A stretch of DNA of 64,000 nt, taken from positions 6,113 through 70,112 of the forward strand of contig DATMJC010000086.1 of NCBI GenBank assembly GCA_035554435.1, read 5' to 3'. The stretch is from Burkholderiales bacterium. GTDB lineage: Bacteria; Pseudomonadota; Gammaproteobacteria; Burkholderiales; SG8-39. Under the pieces are notes generated by a model. The model was given only the letters and a program-made list of their open reading frames with translations, was not told the DNA's origin and did not search any database. Shown here piece after piece: positions 34,852 to 43,772 of this stretch (positions are counted from its first letter, which is position 1; each line of letters starts with the position of its first letter). The translations under genes and the position numbers were made by a program.

Positions 34852-35696
34852 GCCTGTCTCCTTTCAATGCCCATCTGCTGCAGGATGCCGCGGACCAGAG
34901 CGTGATCCGGATCGGCGAATTTTTCCATAAGTTCGAAGTGATTCACCCCGGGGTGGCAGACCTCGTCCTGCAGGCGGCCCGCGTTGCGCAGCGCGGCAGC
35001 GAATTCGCGCGACTGGCGGCGGAATTCGTCGGTGTCGCTCTCCGCATAAGCAATCAGCACGGGGCAGGTCATCCGCTGGGCGTGCAGGCCGGGGCTCAGC
35101 TCGGCCAGTTCATGCGGCTCGAGCTTCACGTAGCTCGAGCGTGCGCTCAGCACGACAGGCTCGAGATAGTAGGGGCCGCTCACCAGGGTCGCGGCCCTGA
35201 CGTAGGCGTCCTTTTGCAGCGCGAGCGCTGAAAGATGTGCGCCCGAGGAATGCGCCGAGAGGTAGATCCGCTCCGGGTCGCCGCCGAACCCCGCCGCGTT
35301 TCGATACACCCATTCGATGCCGCGACGCACCTGGTCCGCCATCTGCGCCAGGCGCACCTTCGGCACGTTCGTGAAGTTCAGCACCACCGTGTGCACGCCG
35401 GCCGGCACGTAGGCGTCGGCGGGGAACGAGTAGTCGTCCTTGGTGAAGTTCCGCCACGCGCCGCCATGTACGAAGATCTGCACCGGGGCTTTCGTTGCCT
35501 GGGCCGGGAAGAGGTCGAGCGTATCGTCCTCGCCCGGGCCGAAGGCGAGCGTGCGGTGCTCGAAGCGCGCGCGCGTGGCTTTGCTCAGCTCCGGGTAGCG
35601 GCCGATGATCTCGAGCGCGTTCTTCACCCAGCCGCGCTGGTCGAAATTCCGGTCGAGCTCGGCCTGCGTGTAGTGCAGGAAGACGGTCTTTTCCAT
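34836..35696 (-). CDS. alpha/beta hydrolase, arylformamidase (kynurenine-formamidase)-like esterase
   Basis: Internal start at MEKTVFLHY. The oxyanion motif HGGAW and the nucleophile motif AHSSGAH are present. Confidence 0.7.
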   Translation of the reverse strand: MEKTVFLHYTQAELDRNFDQRGWVKNALEIIGRYPELSKATRARFEHRTLAFGPGEDDTLDLFPAQATKAPVQIFVHGGAWRNFTKDDYSFPADAYVPAGVHTVVLNFTNVPKVRLAQMADQVRRGIEWVYRNAAGFGGDPERIYLSAHSSGAHLSALALQKDAYVRAATLVSGPYYLEPVVLSARSSYVKLEPHELAELSPGLHAQRMTCPVLIAYAESDTDEFRRQSREFAAALRNAGRLQDEVCHPGVNHFELMEKFADPDHALVRGILQQMGIERRQAWQPD

Positions 35697-35698
35697 TC

Positions 35699-37540
35699 TC
35701 AGATTCGCAAGGCTGCGTCGTACGCGCTGGCGGTCGCGCCGATCAACGTCCGCGTGCCGGCGCACTCGCCGGCGAGCTCCACGACCCGACCACCGGCTCG
35801 CCACGCGTCGAGCGCGGGAAGGTCGGGCACGGCGCCGCACGCCAGCACGGCGGGCTCATTGCTTTTCCCTTGGGTGAATTCCGAGTTGAAAACCACTGAC
35901 ACGCCGGCATCGGCGAGCGCCTTGGGCAGCACCAGCCGCTGGATCAGGTTCACGTCGTCGTCGAATTCCGCATCGCGCTCGACCAGGGTCACCTGCTTGC
36001 CGAGCGACCCGAGCCACCACGCGATCTCCGCGCCGATGGTATTGGCGCCAACCACGGTCACACGGTGTGGCACGAGCTCGGGATGGCGGAGGACGTCCAG
36101 ACAGCCCAGAGCATCGCGACTGCCCGGCCAACGGCTTCCCGTCGCCAGGATCACGTGCTCCGCGTCCACCGCTTCGGGCAGCGCGGCCGATTGCAAAACC
36201 ACCTTCACCTGGGCTTTCTCGAGGGCGTGCTGGTAGTAGCGCAGCAAGCGAGGCAAGGTGCTCTTGAACGGCAGCACCGCGGCGGCGGCGAGCTGTCCGC
36301 CAATGCGGCCGGTGCGCTCATGAAGCGTCACGGAATGGCCGCGCGAGGCTGCCGTAAGCGCGGCTTCGATACCCGCCGGCCCGGCCCCGATGACCGCCAC
36401 TGCCTTCTTCCTGGCCGGAAGGGGCGGGACACGGTGCTCACGGCCCGTGCGCGGATTGACGGCGCAGTAGCCGCGCAGACCGCTTTGCTCGCGCGCGAGG
36501 CAGGTGTTGCAGCGGATGCAGGGCCGGATGTCCTCGACGGCGTTGGAAATGATTTTTTCCGCCAGCCGGGGATCGGCGAACATCGGCCGTGCCATCGAGA
36601 CGAAATCGGCGTCGCCGTCGCGCACCAGGCGCTCGGCGAGCTGCGGGTCGTGGATGGTTCCGGAAGCTATCACCGGCACGCCTGCCGCCTCGCGGATCGG
36701 GCGCGCATAGCGCGCGAACGGCGCTTCGGGCAGGTACATGGGCGGGATGCGCTGCTCCATGACGCGATAGGTGCCCGCCGACACATGGATGATGTCGACG
36801 CCCGCCTGCGCGAGTGCCCGAGCGATCTCGCGATACTGCCCGATGCCGAGCCCGCCGGGCAGCAGGTCGTCGCCGTTGAGGCGAAAGGAGATGAGCCGTT
36901 TGGGGCCAATGCCCTCGCGGAGGGCGCGCACAGTCTCGAGCGGAAAGCGCAGCCGGTTCTCGGCCGAGCCGCCGTAGCCGTCGGCACGCGTATTGGTGGC
37001 GGGGGAAAGGAAGGCGTTGAGCAAATAGCCGTGCGCGCCGTGCAGCTCGACGAGGTCGAAGCCTGCTTGCGCCAGGCGGCGACCGGCCTGGCGGTGATCC
37101 TCTACGAGCGCGTCGATTTCTTCCGTGGTGAGCTCGTGCGGCACGCGCTTGCCTTGGGTCCACGGAATCGGCGACGGCGCCACGACCGGCGGCTCGGCGA
37201 CCACGCGCTGCGGCCCGCAGTGTCCGAGCTGCAGTCCTGCAACGGCGCCTTCCTCGCGAATCGCCGCCGCGAGCTCGCCCAGACCCGGGATCATGGTGTC
37301 GTCGTGGGCGCCGATCTGGGCATGGAAGGCCCGGCTGCCAAGGCGGTCGGTGAAGGTGATCTCGACGATGACGAGCCCCGCTCCGCCAGCCGCGCGGGCG
37401 CGGTAGTACTCGACGACCTGCGGCGTCACGCTGCCGTCGGGTGCCGCGTACATCGCGCACATTGGCGCCTGTACGAGGCGGTTGCGAAAGCGCTTGCCGC
37501 GGAGCTCGAACGGCTGCGCGAGCGCGGCGAACCCGGTCAT
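35699..37540 (-). CDS. NADH:flavin oxidoreductase of the 2,4-dienoyl-CoA-reductase (FadH) type
   Basis: Internal start at MTGFAALAQPF. It has an OYE-like TIM barrel, the Cys cluster CIRCNTC...C and a C-terminal dinucleotide fold VAVIGAGPAGIEAA. Confidence 0.82.
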   Translation of the reverse strand: MTGFAALAQPFELRGKRFRNRLVQAPMCAMYAAPDGSVTPQVVEYYRARAAGGAGLVIVEITFTDRLGSRAFHAQIGAHDDTMIPGLGELAAAIREEGAVAGLQLGHCGPQRVVAEPPVVAPSPIPWTQGKRVPHELTTEEIDALVEDHRQAGRRLAQAGFDLVELHGAHGYLLNAFLSPATNTRADGYGGSAENRLRFPLETVRALREGIGPKRLISFRLNGDDLLPGGLGIGQYREIARALAQAGVDIIHVSAGTYRVMEQRIPPMYLPEAPFARYARPIREAAGVPVIASGTIHDPQLAERLVRDGDADFVSMARPMFADPRLAEKIISNAVEDIRPCIRCNTCLAREQSGLRGYCAVNPRTGREHRVPPLPARKKAVAVIGAGPAGIEAALTAASRGHSVTLHERTGRIGGQLAAAAVLPFKSTLPRLLRYYQHALEKAQVKVVLQSAALPEAVDAEHVILATGSRWPGSRDALGCLDVLRHPELVPHRVTVVGANTIGAEIAWWLGSLGKQVTLVERDAEFDDDVNLIQRLVLPKALADAGVSVVFNSEFTQGKSNEPAVLACGAVPDLPALDAWRAGGRVVELAGECAGTRTLIGATASAYDAALRI

Positions 37541-38319
37541 GCCACCCCCATCAGCTTCTGCAGGTGCACGACGTAACGCGCGAACTCGGGACGCTCCTTT
37601 GTCGCCTGGGGATCGCGCGGCCGCGGCAGGTCGATCGCCACGTCCTCGACGATGCGGCCCGGCCGGTCCGACATGACCAGCACCCGGTCGGAGAGGAACA
37701 CCGCCTCGGGAATGCTGTGCGTGATCAGCAGCACCGTCTTGCGCAGATCCTGCCACAGGCGCAGGAGCTCGACGTTCAGCTGGTCGCGCGTGAGCGCGTC
37801 GAGCGCGCCAAACGGCTCGTCGAGCAGCAGCACCTGCGGCAGCAGGACCAGGATCTGACCGAGCGCGGCGCGCTGGCGCATGCCGCCGGAAAGCTGGTGC
37901 GGGTAGTGGCGGCGGAAGCTTTCCAGCCGCAGCACCGGCAGGATCGATTCGACCCGCCGCGTGGTCTCTTCCGCGGGCAGCCGGCGCACCTCGGCGGCGA
38001 GGCGGATGTTCTTCTCGACCGTCAGCCACGGCAGCAGGTTGTGGGTCTGGAACACCACACCAACGTCGTCGGACGGCGCGTTCTGCGCGTGCGCCATGAC
38101 TTCGACGGTGGCGCCCGCGTCGGGCGCGATCAGTCCGGCGATGACGCGAAGGAGCGTGCTCTTCCCGCAGCCGCTGGGCCCAAGCACCGAGGTGAACTGT
38201 CCTTGCGGCACGTCGAAGCCGACGGCGCCGAGCGCTTGGACGTGTTGCGCGCCGGTGAAGGTCTTGCTCACGTTGCGCAGCCGGATCGCCGGCTGCGCCT
38301 CTACAGCGCCCGCCACCAC
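37537..38319 (-). CDS. ABC transporter ATP-binding protein (NitT/TauT-type)
   Basis: The GTG start at 38319 was chosen inside the composite ORF. Walker A GPSGCGKST, signature LSGGMRQR and Walker B LLLDEPF are present. Confidence 0.85.
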   Translation of the reverse strand: MVAGAVEAQPAIRLRNVSKTFTGAQHVQALGAVGFDVPQGQFTSVLGPSGCGKSTLLRVIAGLIAPDAGATVEVMAHAQNAPSDDVGVVFQTHNLLPWLTVEKNIRLAAEVRRLPAEETTRRVESILPVLRLESFRRHYPHQLSGGMRQRAALGQILVLLPQVLLLDEPFGALDALTRDQLNVELLRLWQDLRKTVLLITHSIPEAVFLSDRVLVMSDRPGRIVEDVAIDLPRPRDPQATKERPEFARYVVHLQKLMGVA

Positions 38320-39056
38320 ACGCGCTGCGCGGCGAGTTCGACCAGCAGGTAGAGAACCCCGGCCAGGATCGAGATGGCGATCAGCGCGGCGAAGAGAAGC
38401 TCGCTCTTGGCATTGGCGTTGGCTTCGAGGATGAGGTGGCCCAGTCCGTGTTCCGAGGCGACGAACTCGCCGACGATGGCGCCAATCACCGCGAGCGGCA
38501 TCGCCGTCTTGCAGCCGTCGAGGATGGAGGGCAGCGCCGCCGGAATGCGCAGGCGCACGAACGTCGTCATCGGCGAGGCGCGGATGGCGCGAAAGTGCTC
38601 GATCAGGTGCTCGGGCGTGCCGGCGAGGCCGCCCAGCGTTCCAACGACGACCGGGAAGAAGGCGAAGAGGAACGCCATCAGCACCTTCGACGCGAGACCG
38701 TATCCGAACCAGATGACAAGCAGTGGCGCGAGCGCGACCTTCGGCAATCCCTGGAACAGCACGATCAGCGGATAGAGCGTGCGGCGCATCATCGGCCAGG
38801 CGAAGATACCCAGCCCGACGAGGAGCCCGGCCAGCACCGCCCAGAAATAGCCGAGGAGGATCTCGCCGGTCGTGATCCAGGTCTCCTTCAGGATCATCAT
38901 GCGGCCCTGCCACAGCGCGGAGAGCACGTCTGACAGCGGTGGCAGCAGGTAGCGCTTGATGCCGAAGATCGCCACGGCCTTTTCCCACAGCAGGGCGAGC
39001 AGGACGAAGACGATCGCTGGCTCGGCGATTGCGCGCCCGCTCCTCCACCATTTCAC
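38301..39056 (-). CDS. ABC transporter permease
   Basis: The GTG at 39056 overlaps the upstream TGA (GTGA); the ORF could extend to 39107. The protein is polytopic. Confidence 0.82.
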   Translation of the reverse strand: MKWWRSGRAIAEPAIVFVLLALLWEKAVAIFGIKRYLLPPLSDVLSALWQGRMMILKETWITTGEILLGYFWAVLAGLLVGLGIFAWPMMRRTLYPLIVLFQGLPKVALAPLLVIWFGYGLASKVLMAFLFAFFPVVVGTLGGLAGTPEHLIEHFRAIRASPMTTFVRLRIPAALPSILDGCKTAMPLAVIGAIVGEFVASEHGLGHLILEANANAKSELLFAALIAISILAGVLYLLVELAAQRVWWRAL

Positions 39057-39586
39057 TTGCGCGGTCCCCAGTCCGGCGGCGGCACCACGAAGCGCTTGAA
39101 CTGCCACTGGTCGAATGCTTCCAGTGTGTTCGGGTGCACCTTGGGCTGGTACGGCTTATCGCGCGTGATCTGCACCATGTCGCAATAGAACTCGACATGG
39201 TTGCCGTCCGGATCCCGAAACACGAGGAACACGTTCTCGCCGGGTCCGTGCTTGCCGATGCCGCGCACGATCTCGACGCCCTTCTCCTTGAGGAACTCGG
39301 CGGCCGTCTCGACCTCGGCGAGCGAGCCGAGCTGGTAGGCGAAATGCTCGGTCCCCGGCCGGCTGAACGGGTTGTACATCTTGTCGAAATGCTCGGCTTC
39401 CTTCGGCAGCTGGGCGAGCGCGAGGTCGTGGTGATCGGCGCCGCAGCGCAGGAACACCATCTGGTCCTCGATCCAGTCCGACACCTCGAGCCCGACGATC
39501 TCGCTGTAGAACTGCGCTGATTTCTGGATATCGCGCACCATGAGCACCAGGTGCCCCATTTTGCGCGGCCGGGGCCGGGCGCTCAT
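39053..39586 (-). CDS. VOC-family protein, one-domain extradiol-dioxygenase-like
   Basis: 177-aa ORF with MGHLVLMVRDIQKSAQFY...HFAYQL...FRDPDGNHVEFY. Confidence 0.72.
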   Translation of the reverse strand: MSARPRPRKMGHLVLMVRDIQKSAQFYSEIVGLEVSDWIEDQMVFLRCGADHHDLALAQLPKEAEHFDKMYNPFSRPGTEHFAYQLGSLAEVETAAEFLKEKGVEIVRGIGKHGPGENVFLVFRDPDGNHVEFYCDMVQITRDKPYQPKVHPNTLEAFDQWQFKRFVVPPPDWGPRK

Positions 39587-40557
39587 TTCAGGAAGCTGTT
39601 GGTGTAGATGTCGCCGAGCTTGACCTTGCCCTTCACGTCGTAGGCCTTGTCGACGAAGTTGAGCGTCGCCGCCATGCGGTCTTCGCGCAGGTATCCCAAG
39701 CCCTGCGCCTTCGCCTGCGGGTCGGCCATGATGTCGGCGGTCTCCTTAATCTGGGCCAGCGCGATCGCTCGATCCGAGGCGGGGAACATTTTGAGGAGGA
39801 TGTCTGCCGCGGCGTCCGGGTTGGCGAAGGCTTCCTGGAAACCTCGATAGGACGCGCGCAGGAACTTGCGCACCGTCTCGGGCTTCTTCTGGATCATCGC
39901 CTCGCTCGTCGCGAAGCCGCTGCCGTATGCATCGAGACCGTAGTCTGCGTAGTTCAGCCAGGCCACTTGCACGCCGGCCGCGTTGGCGAGCTTGGCAAGC
40001 ACCGGGCGATTACTCGCCTGCCAGCACTCGGCGAGATCGGTCCTGCCTTCCATAAAGGACGCGTCCACCACCGCCGGGTCGAGGCGCACCAGCTTGATGA
40101 AATCTCGCGGCTTGCCGTTCATCTCGAGCCAGGCGGGAACGACGTTGTGCACCGGCGAGCCGGCGCCGCCACCGAGGGTGAGACCCTTGAGGTCGTCGAT
40201 CGACTTGGGCTGGTTGCGCTTGGTGACGTAGCACACGCCGGCTGGCCAGCGCGTGTTGATCGCGCCTACCATCCTGATCTTGCCGCCGTTCGAACGGTTC
40301 AGGATCAGACTGATCGGGTCGACGTAGCCGAACTCGAACTGCCCCTGGTCGAGCTCGTTCGCGGTGCGGTTGCCGCCGTAGCCGCGCACGATGTTCGTGT
40401 CGAGGCCGGCGTCGCGGAAGTAACCGCGATCCTGGGCGACGATCACGCCGATGGAGCTGCCCTGCGGCAGCCAAGCCATGTTGTAGGTGACCTTTTCCTG
40501 CGCCAGCGCCGGCGTTGCGAGCACGGCGGTGACCACGACGACGTTGCGGATGCTCAT
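39583..40557 (-). CDS. ABC transporter substrate-binding protein (NMT1-like)
   Basis: 324-aa ORF with a signal peptide. It belongs to the same family as 28181..29218. Confidence 0.8.
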   Translation of the reverse strand: MSIRNVVVVTAVLATPALAQEKVTYNMAWLPQGSSIGVIVAQDRGYFRDAGLDTNIVRGYGGNRTANELDQGQFEFGYVDPISLILNRSNGGKIRMVGAINTRWPAGVCYVTKRNQPKSIDDLKGLTLGGGAGSPVHNVVPAWLEMNGKPRDFIKLVRLDPAVVDASFMEGRTDLAECWQASNRPVLAKLANAAGVQVAWLNYADYGLDAYGSGFATSEAMIQKKPETVRKFLRASYRGFQEAFANPDAAADILLKMFPASDRAIALAQIKETADIMADPQAKAQGLGYLREDRMAATLNFVDKAYDVKGKVKLGDIYTNSFLK

Positions 40558-40579
40558 GCTTCCCTCCTCCGATGTAAGA

Positions 40580-41470
40580 CTAGCGCTTCTCGTCGACCAC
40601 GCGGTTCGAGAGTGTGCCGATGTTCTCGACGGTGGCTTCCACCTGGTCCCCGTGCTTCAGGAAAATGCCGCGCCCCATCCCGACTCCGGTCGGCGTGCCG
40701 GTGGCGATCACGTCGCCCGGACGCAGCGTGAGAATCTGCGACAGGTAGCTGATCTGCTCGCGCACGTTCCAGATCATGTTCTTCGTGCTGTCCTTTTGCA
40801 TCTCCTCGCCGTTGACCGTGAGTCTCAGGCCGAGGGCCTGCGGGTCTGGAATCAGCCAAGCGGGCACGATCCACGGGCCGAGCGGCGCAAAGCTGTCCCA
40901 CGACTTGCCCTGGAACCAGTCGAACTTGAACGGATAGTCGGTGCGAGTGTTGAGGTCGCGCGCCGAAATGTCGTTGACGACCGTGTAGCCCGCGACATAG
41001 TCGAGCGCCTCGCCGACGCCGATGCGCCGCGCCTGCCGGCCGATGATCGCGCCGAGTTCCACTTCCCAGTCGAGCTTCGTCGTCTCCGGCGGCTTGACGA
41101 CGTCGTCGCCCGGTCCCACCACCGTGTCCTGCAGCTTGAGGAACATGTACGGCTTGCTCTGCGCCTTCGCGGCAAGCACGGAGCCCATTTCCTTGGCATG
41201 CTCGATATAGTTCGATGCCGCGCAGAAGATGCGCGTCGGCCGAATCGGCGCGGTAAGCGCTTTTGCGCCTTCGGCGACCACGGCCAGCTTGCCGGCGCGC
41301 GCTTGCTCGCCAAGGTGGCGCACCGCCGCGTGTGCCTTTGACCAGTCGGCGATCGCGCCCGCAATGCCGTTCGGCAGCGCCTGCCGCGCGTCGTATAGCT
41401 TGTTGTCGACGACGATGGCCGGTGCCTCCGTCTTGCCCGCGCGATAGGTCGCAAGTGCAAACCAGCTCAT
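40580..41470 (-). CDS. fumarylacetoacetate hydrolase (FAH) family protein
   Basis: 296-aa ORF with a C-terminal FAH fold (WEVELGAIIG...DWFQGKSWD...PGDVIATGTPTGVG). Confidence 0.85.
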   Translation of the reverse strand: MSWFALATYRAGKTEAPAIVVDNKLYDARQALPNGIAGAIADWSKAHAAVRHLGEQARAGKLAVVAEGAKALTAPIRPTRIFCAASNYIEHAKEMGSVLAAKAQSKPYMFLKLQDTVVGPGDDVVKPPETTKLDWEVELGAIIGRQARRIGVGEALDYVAGYTVVNDISARDLNTRTDYPFKFDWFQGKSWDSFAPLGPWIVPAWLIPDPQALGLRLTVNGEEMQKDSTKNMIWNVREQISYLSQILTLRPGDVIATGTPTGVGMGRGIFLKHGDQVEATVENIGTLSNRVVDEKR

Positions 41471-42189
41471 GGTGCCCTTTTCTTCGGTTTGGTGGATCTG
41501 GCGCCAGTATCGTACCCCAGCTTTGTGTACATCCGGCCATCCTTGTATACACGGCGACGGAAGTACTCCAAGGCATTCATCGCGGCGCTCGCCGTATGGC
41601 CTCGCATCGCGTCCTCTGCTCCCGCGGCGTTGCCCTTCAGTATCGCCGCCGTCACCGCGTCGTGCTCGCGCGAGGACGAGCGGATCCGGTTGTCGATATG
41701 GAAGAAGACTCGGGAGCGGAACGGGGCGAGGCGCTGGCGCAGGGCGAGCGTCGCCGCCTCCAGCGTGCGGTTGCGGGCGCCGCTGTAGATCGCGCGGTGG
41801 AAGTCCTCGTTCAGGCGCGCGTAACCTTCATGGTCGTTGCGCTTCGCCGCCGCCAGCGCCTGCGCGTGGATGCGCTCGATGTTCTTGCGCTCGGTCGCGC
41901 CGGCGCGCAGCGCACAGAGCCGTGCGCACAGGGCTTCCAGCTCGCTCGCCGCCTCGAACATGTCCTGCAGCCCCGCGGGATCGATGAGTGCCACCGAGAA
42001 ACCACGCCGCGGCTGCGACTCGACGAGGTGCGTCGCCGCGAGCTGGCGCAGGGCGTCGCGCACCGGGCTGCGCGAGACCTTGAAGCGCGCCGCCAGCGCC
42101 TCCTCGTCCAGTTTCGCGCCGGGGGCGTGCTTACCGGCGACGATCTCGGCGCCGAGCTGCTCGGAGATCCGCTGCGACAGCGTGCTCAC
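41467..42189 (-). CDS. GntR-family (FadR/FCD subfamily) transcriptional regulator
   Basis: 240-aa ORF with the wHTH RFKVSRSPVRDALRQLA and an all-helical C-terminal domain. Confidence 0.88.
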   Translation of the reverse strand: MSTLSQRISEQLGAEIVAGKHAPGAKLDEEALAARFKVSRSPVRDALRQLAATHLVESQPRRGFSVALIDPAGLQDMFEAASELEALCARLCALRAGATERKNIERIHAQALAAAKRNDHEGYARLNEDFHRAIYSGARNRTLEAATLALRQRLAPFRSRVFFHIDNRIRSSSREHDAVTAAILKGNAAGAEDAMRGHTASAAMNALEYFRRRVYKDGRMYTKLGYDTGARSTKPKKRAP

Positions 42190-42230
42190 CGCGGGCCGGT
42201 CAGCCTTCCCGTCCTCGAGTTGAACAGCAG

Positions 42231-42242
42231 GCAGTGCACTGC
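42231..42242. promoter_or_regulatory. perfect 12-nt palindrome GCAGTGCACTGC, candidate GntR operator
   Basis: Read directly. It lies about 40 nt upstream of the GntR start in the 125-nt divergent region. Its GT..AC core resembles GntR-type operators. Confidence 0.4.
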
Positions 42243-42314
42243 AACACCAGGAAGGCGAGCCGGCGTTTCATCAATTCCCCGTCGATGGATCGATGTCGAA
42301 AGGATAATAAGCCC

Positions 42315-43772
42315 ATGGCCACTCAGGGTCTGAGAACAGGCGCGGACTTCCTGTCCGACCTGCGAAACAAGCCGCGCACCGTCTACGTCGATGGCAAGCG
42401 GGTGACCAACGTCGCCGAGCATCGGGCGTTCCGCGGCGGGGCGCGCTCGATGGCGCGGCTTTTCGACTTCGCCGCCGCGCCCGAGAACCGCCAAACGATG
42501 ACGTTCGTGCCGCCCGAGGGCGGCGGACCCGTGTGGCGCTGCTGGCAGATCCCGCGCTCGCACGACGACCTGCGCGCGAAGCGCGTTGCCGCGGAGAAAT
42601 GGGCCGAGCTCTCCTTCGGGCTGATGGGGCGCACGCCGGATCACGTCGCCAACTTCTTTGCCGGCTATGCCGCCAAGCCGGCGTTCTTCGGCAAGTTGAG
42701 CGAGAACCTCGTCAACTTCTACCGGCACGCGCGCGACACGCATGCTTATCTCAGCTACGCGATCGTGCCGCCGCAGATCGATCGCTCGAAGCCGGCGCAC
42801 AAGCAGTCCGACCCTACGCTCTATGCGGGCGTAGTGAAGGAAAACGACGCAGGCATCTTCCTCTCCGGCGGCCAGCAGCTCGCCACCGCGGGCGTCTATT
42901 CCGATTACGTCCAGGTGAGCTGCATCCACCCGCTCGCGCCCGGGGACGAGAATTACGCCTTCAACGTCGCGATCCCGGCCGACGATCCGGGGCTGCGCAT
43001 GTACGCGCGCCGGCCTTTCGCGCTCGGCGCGACGAACGCCTTTGACTATCCGCTCTCCAGCCGCTTCGACGAGGCCGACTGCTTCGTGGTGCTCGACAAC
43101 TGCTTCGTGCCGTGGGAGCGCGTATTCGTCTACCGGGACCTCGAGCGCACGCGCGACCAGTGGTGGAAGACGCCCTCGCACCTCTACGGCAACCACCAGG
43201 CGCAGGCGCGCTATGCGACGAAGCTGCGCTTCCTCCTCGGCCTCGCGAAGCGCATGAACGAGGCCACCGGCAACGACGCGGCGCCGCCGGTGATGGTGGA
43301 GATGGGCGAGCTCGCCGCGTACGCGTCGATCGTCGAGCACATGCTGCATTCGCAAGAGAGCGTGGCGACCATCGACGACGAAGGTGTCCTCTGGCCGAGC
43401 CGCAGCGCGCTTTACTCCGTGATGGCGCTGCAGTCCGAGATCAACCCGCACATGATCGACATCGTCCGCGAGCTCACCGGCGCGGCGATGATCACGCTGC
43501 CTTCGTCGCGCGCGGACCTCGACAACCCCGAGCCGGCGAAGGACGTCGAGCGCTTCTTCCGTTCAGGGGCGATGGGTGCGCGCGATCGCGTGGCGCTGAT
43601 GCGGCTCGCGTGGGACTTCATCGGCACCGAATTCGGCAGCCGCCACCAGCAATACGAGAAGTTCTACGGCGGCGCGTCGTTCCTCGTGAAGATGAACGTG
43701 TTCCGGAACTACGACTTCAAGCGCGCGACACAGATGGTCGATCGGGCGCTGACGCTGCCGGATGATGAATAA
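42315..43772 (+). CDS. 4-hydroxyphenylacetate-3-monooxygenase (HpaB) family oxygenase component
   Basis: Internal ATG (MATQGLRTGADFL) of ORF 42234..43772. The 485-aa protein has HpaB-family length and sequence. Confidence 0.82.
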   Translation: MATQGLRTGADFLSDLRNKPRTVYVDGKRVTNVAEHRAFRGGARSMARLFDFAAAPENRQTMTFVPPEGGGPVWRCWQIPRSHDDLRAKRVAAEKWAELSFGLMGRTPDHVANFFAGYAAKPAFFGKLSENLVNFYRHARDTHAYLSYAIVPPQIDRSKPAHKQSDPTLYAGVVKENDAGIFLSGGQQLATAGVYSDYVQVSCIHPLAPGDENYAFNVAIPADDPGLRMYARRPFALGATNAFDYPLSSRFDEADCFVVLDNCFVPWERVFVYRDLERTRDQWWKTPSHLYGNHQAQARYATKLRFLLGLAKRMNEATGNDAAPPVMVEMGELAAYASIVEHMLHSQESVATIDDEGVLWPSRSALYSVMALQSEINPHMIDIVRELTGAAMITLPSSRADLDNPEPAKDVERFFRSGAMGARDRVALMRLAWDFIGTEFGSRHQQYEKFYGGASFLVKMNVFRNYDFKRATQMVDRALTLPDDE

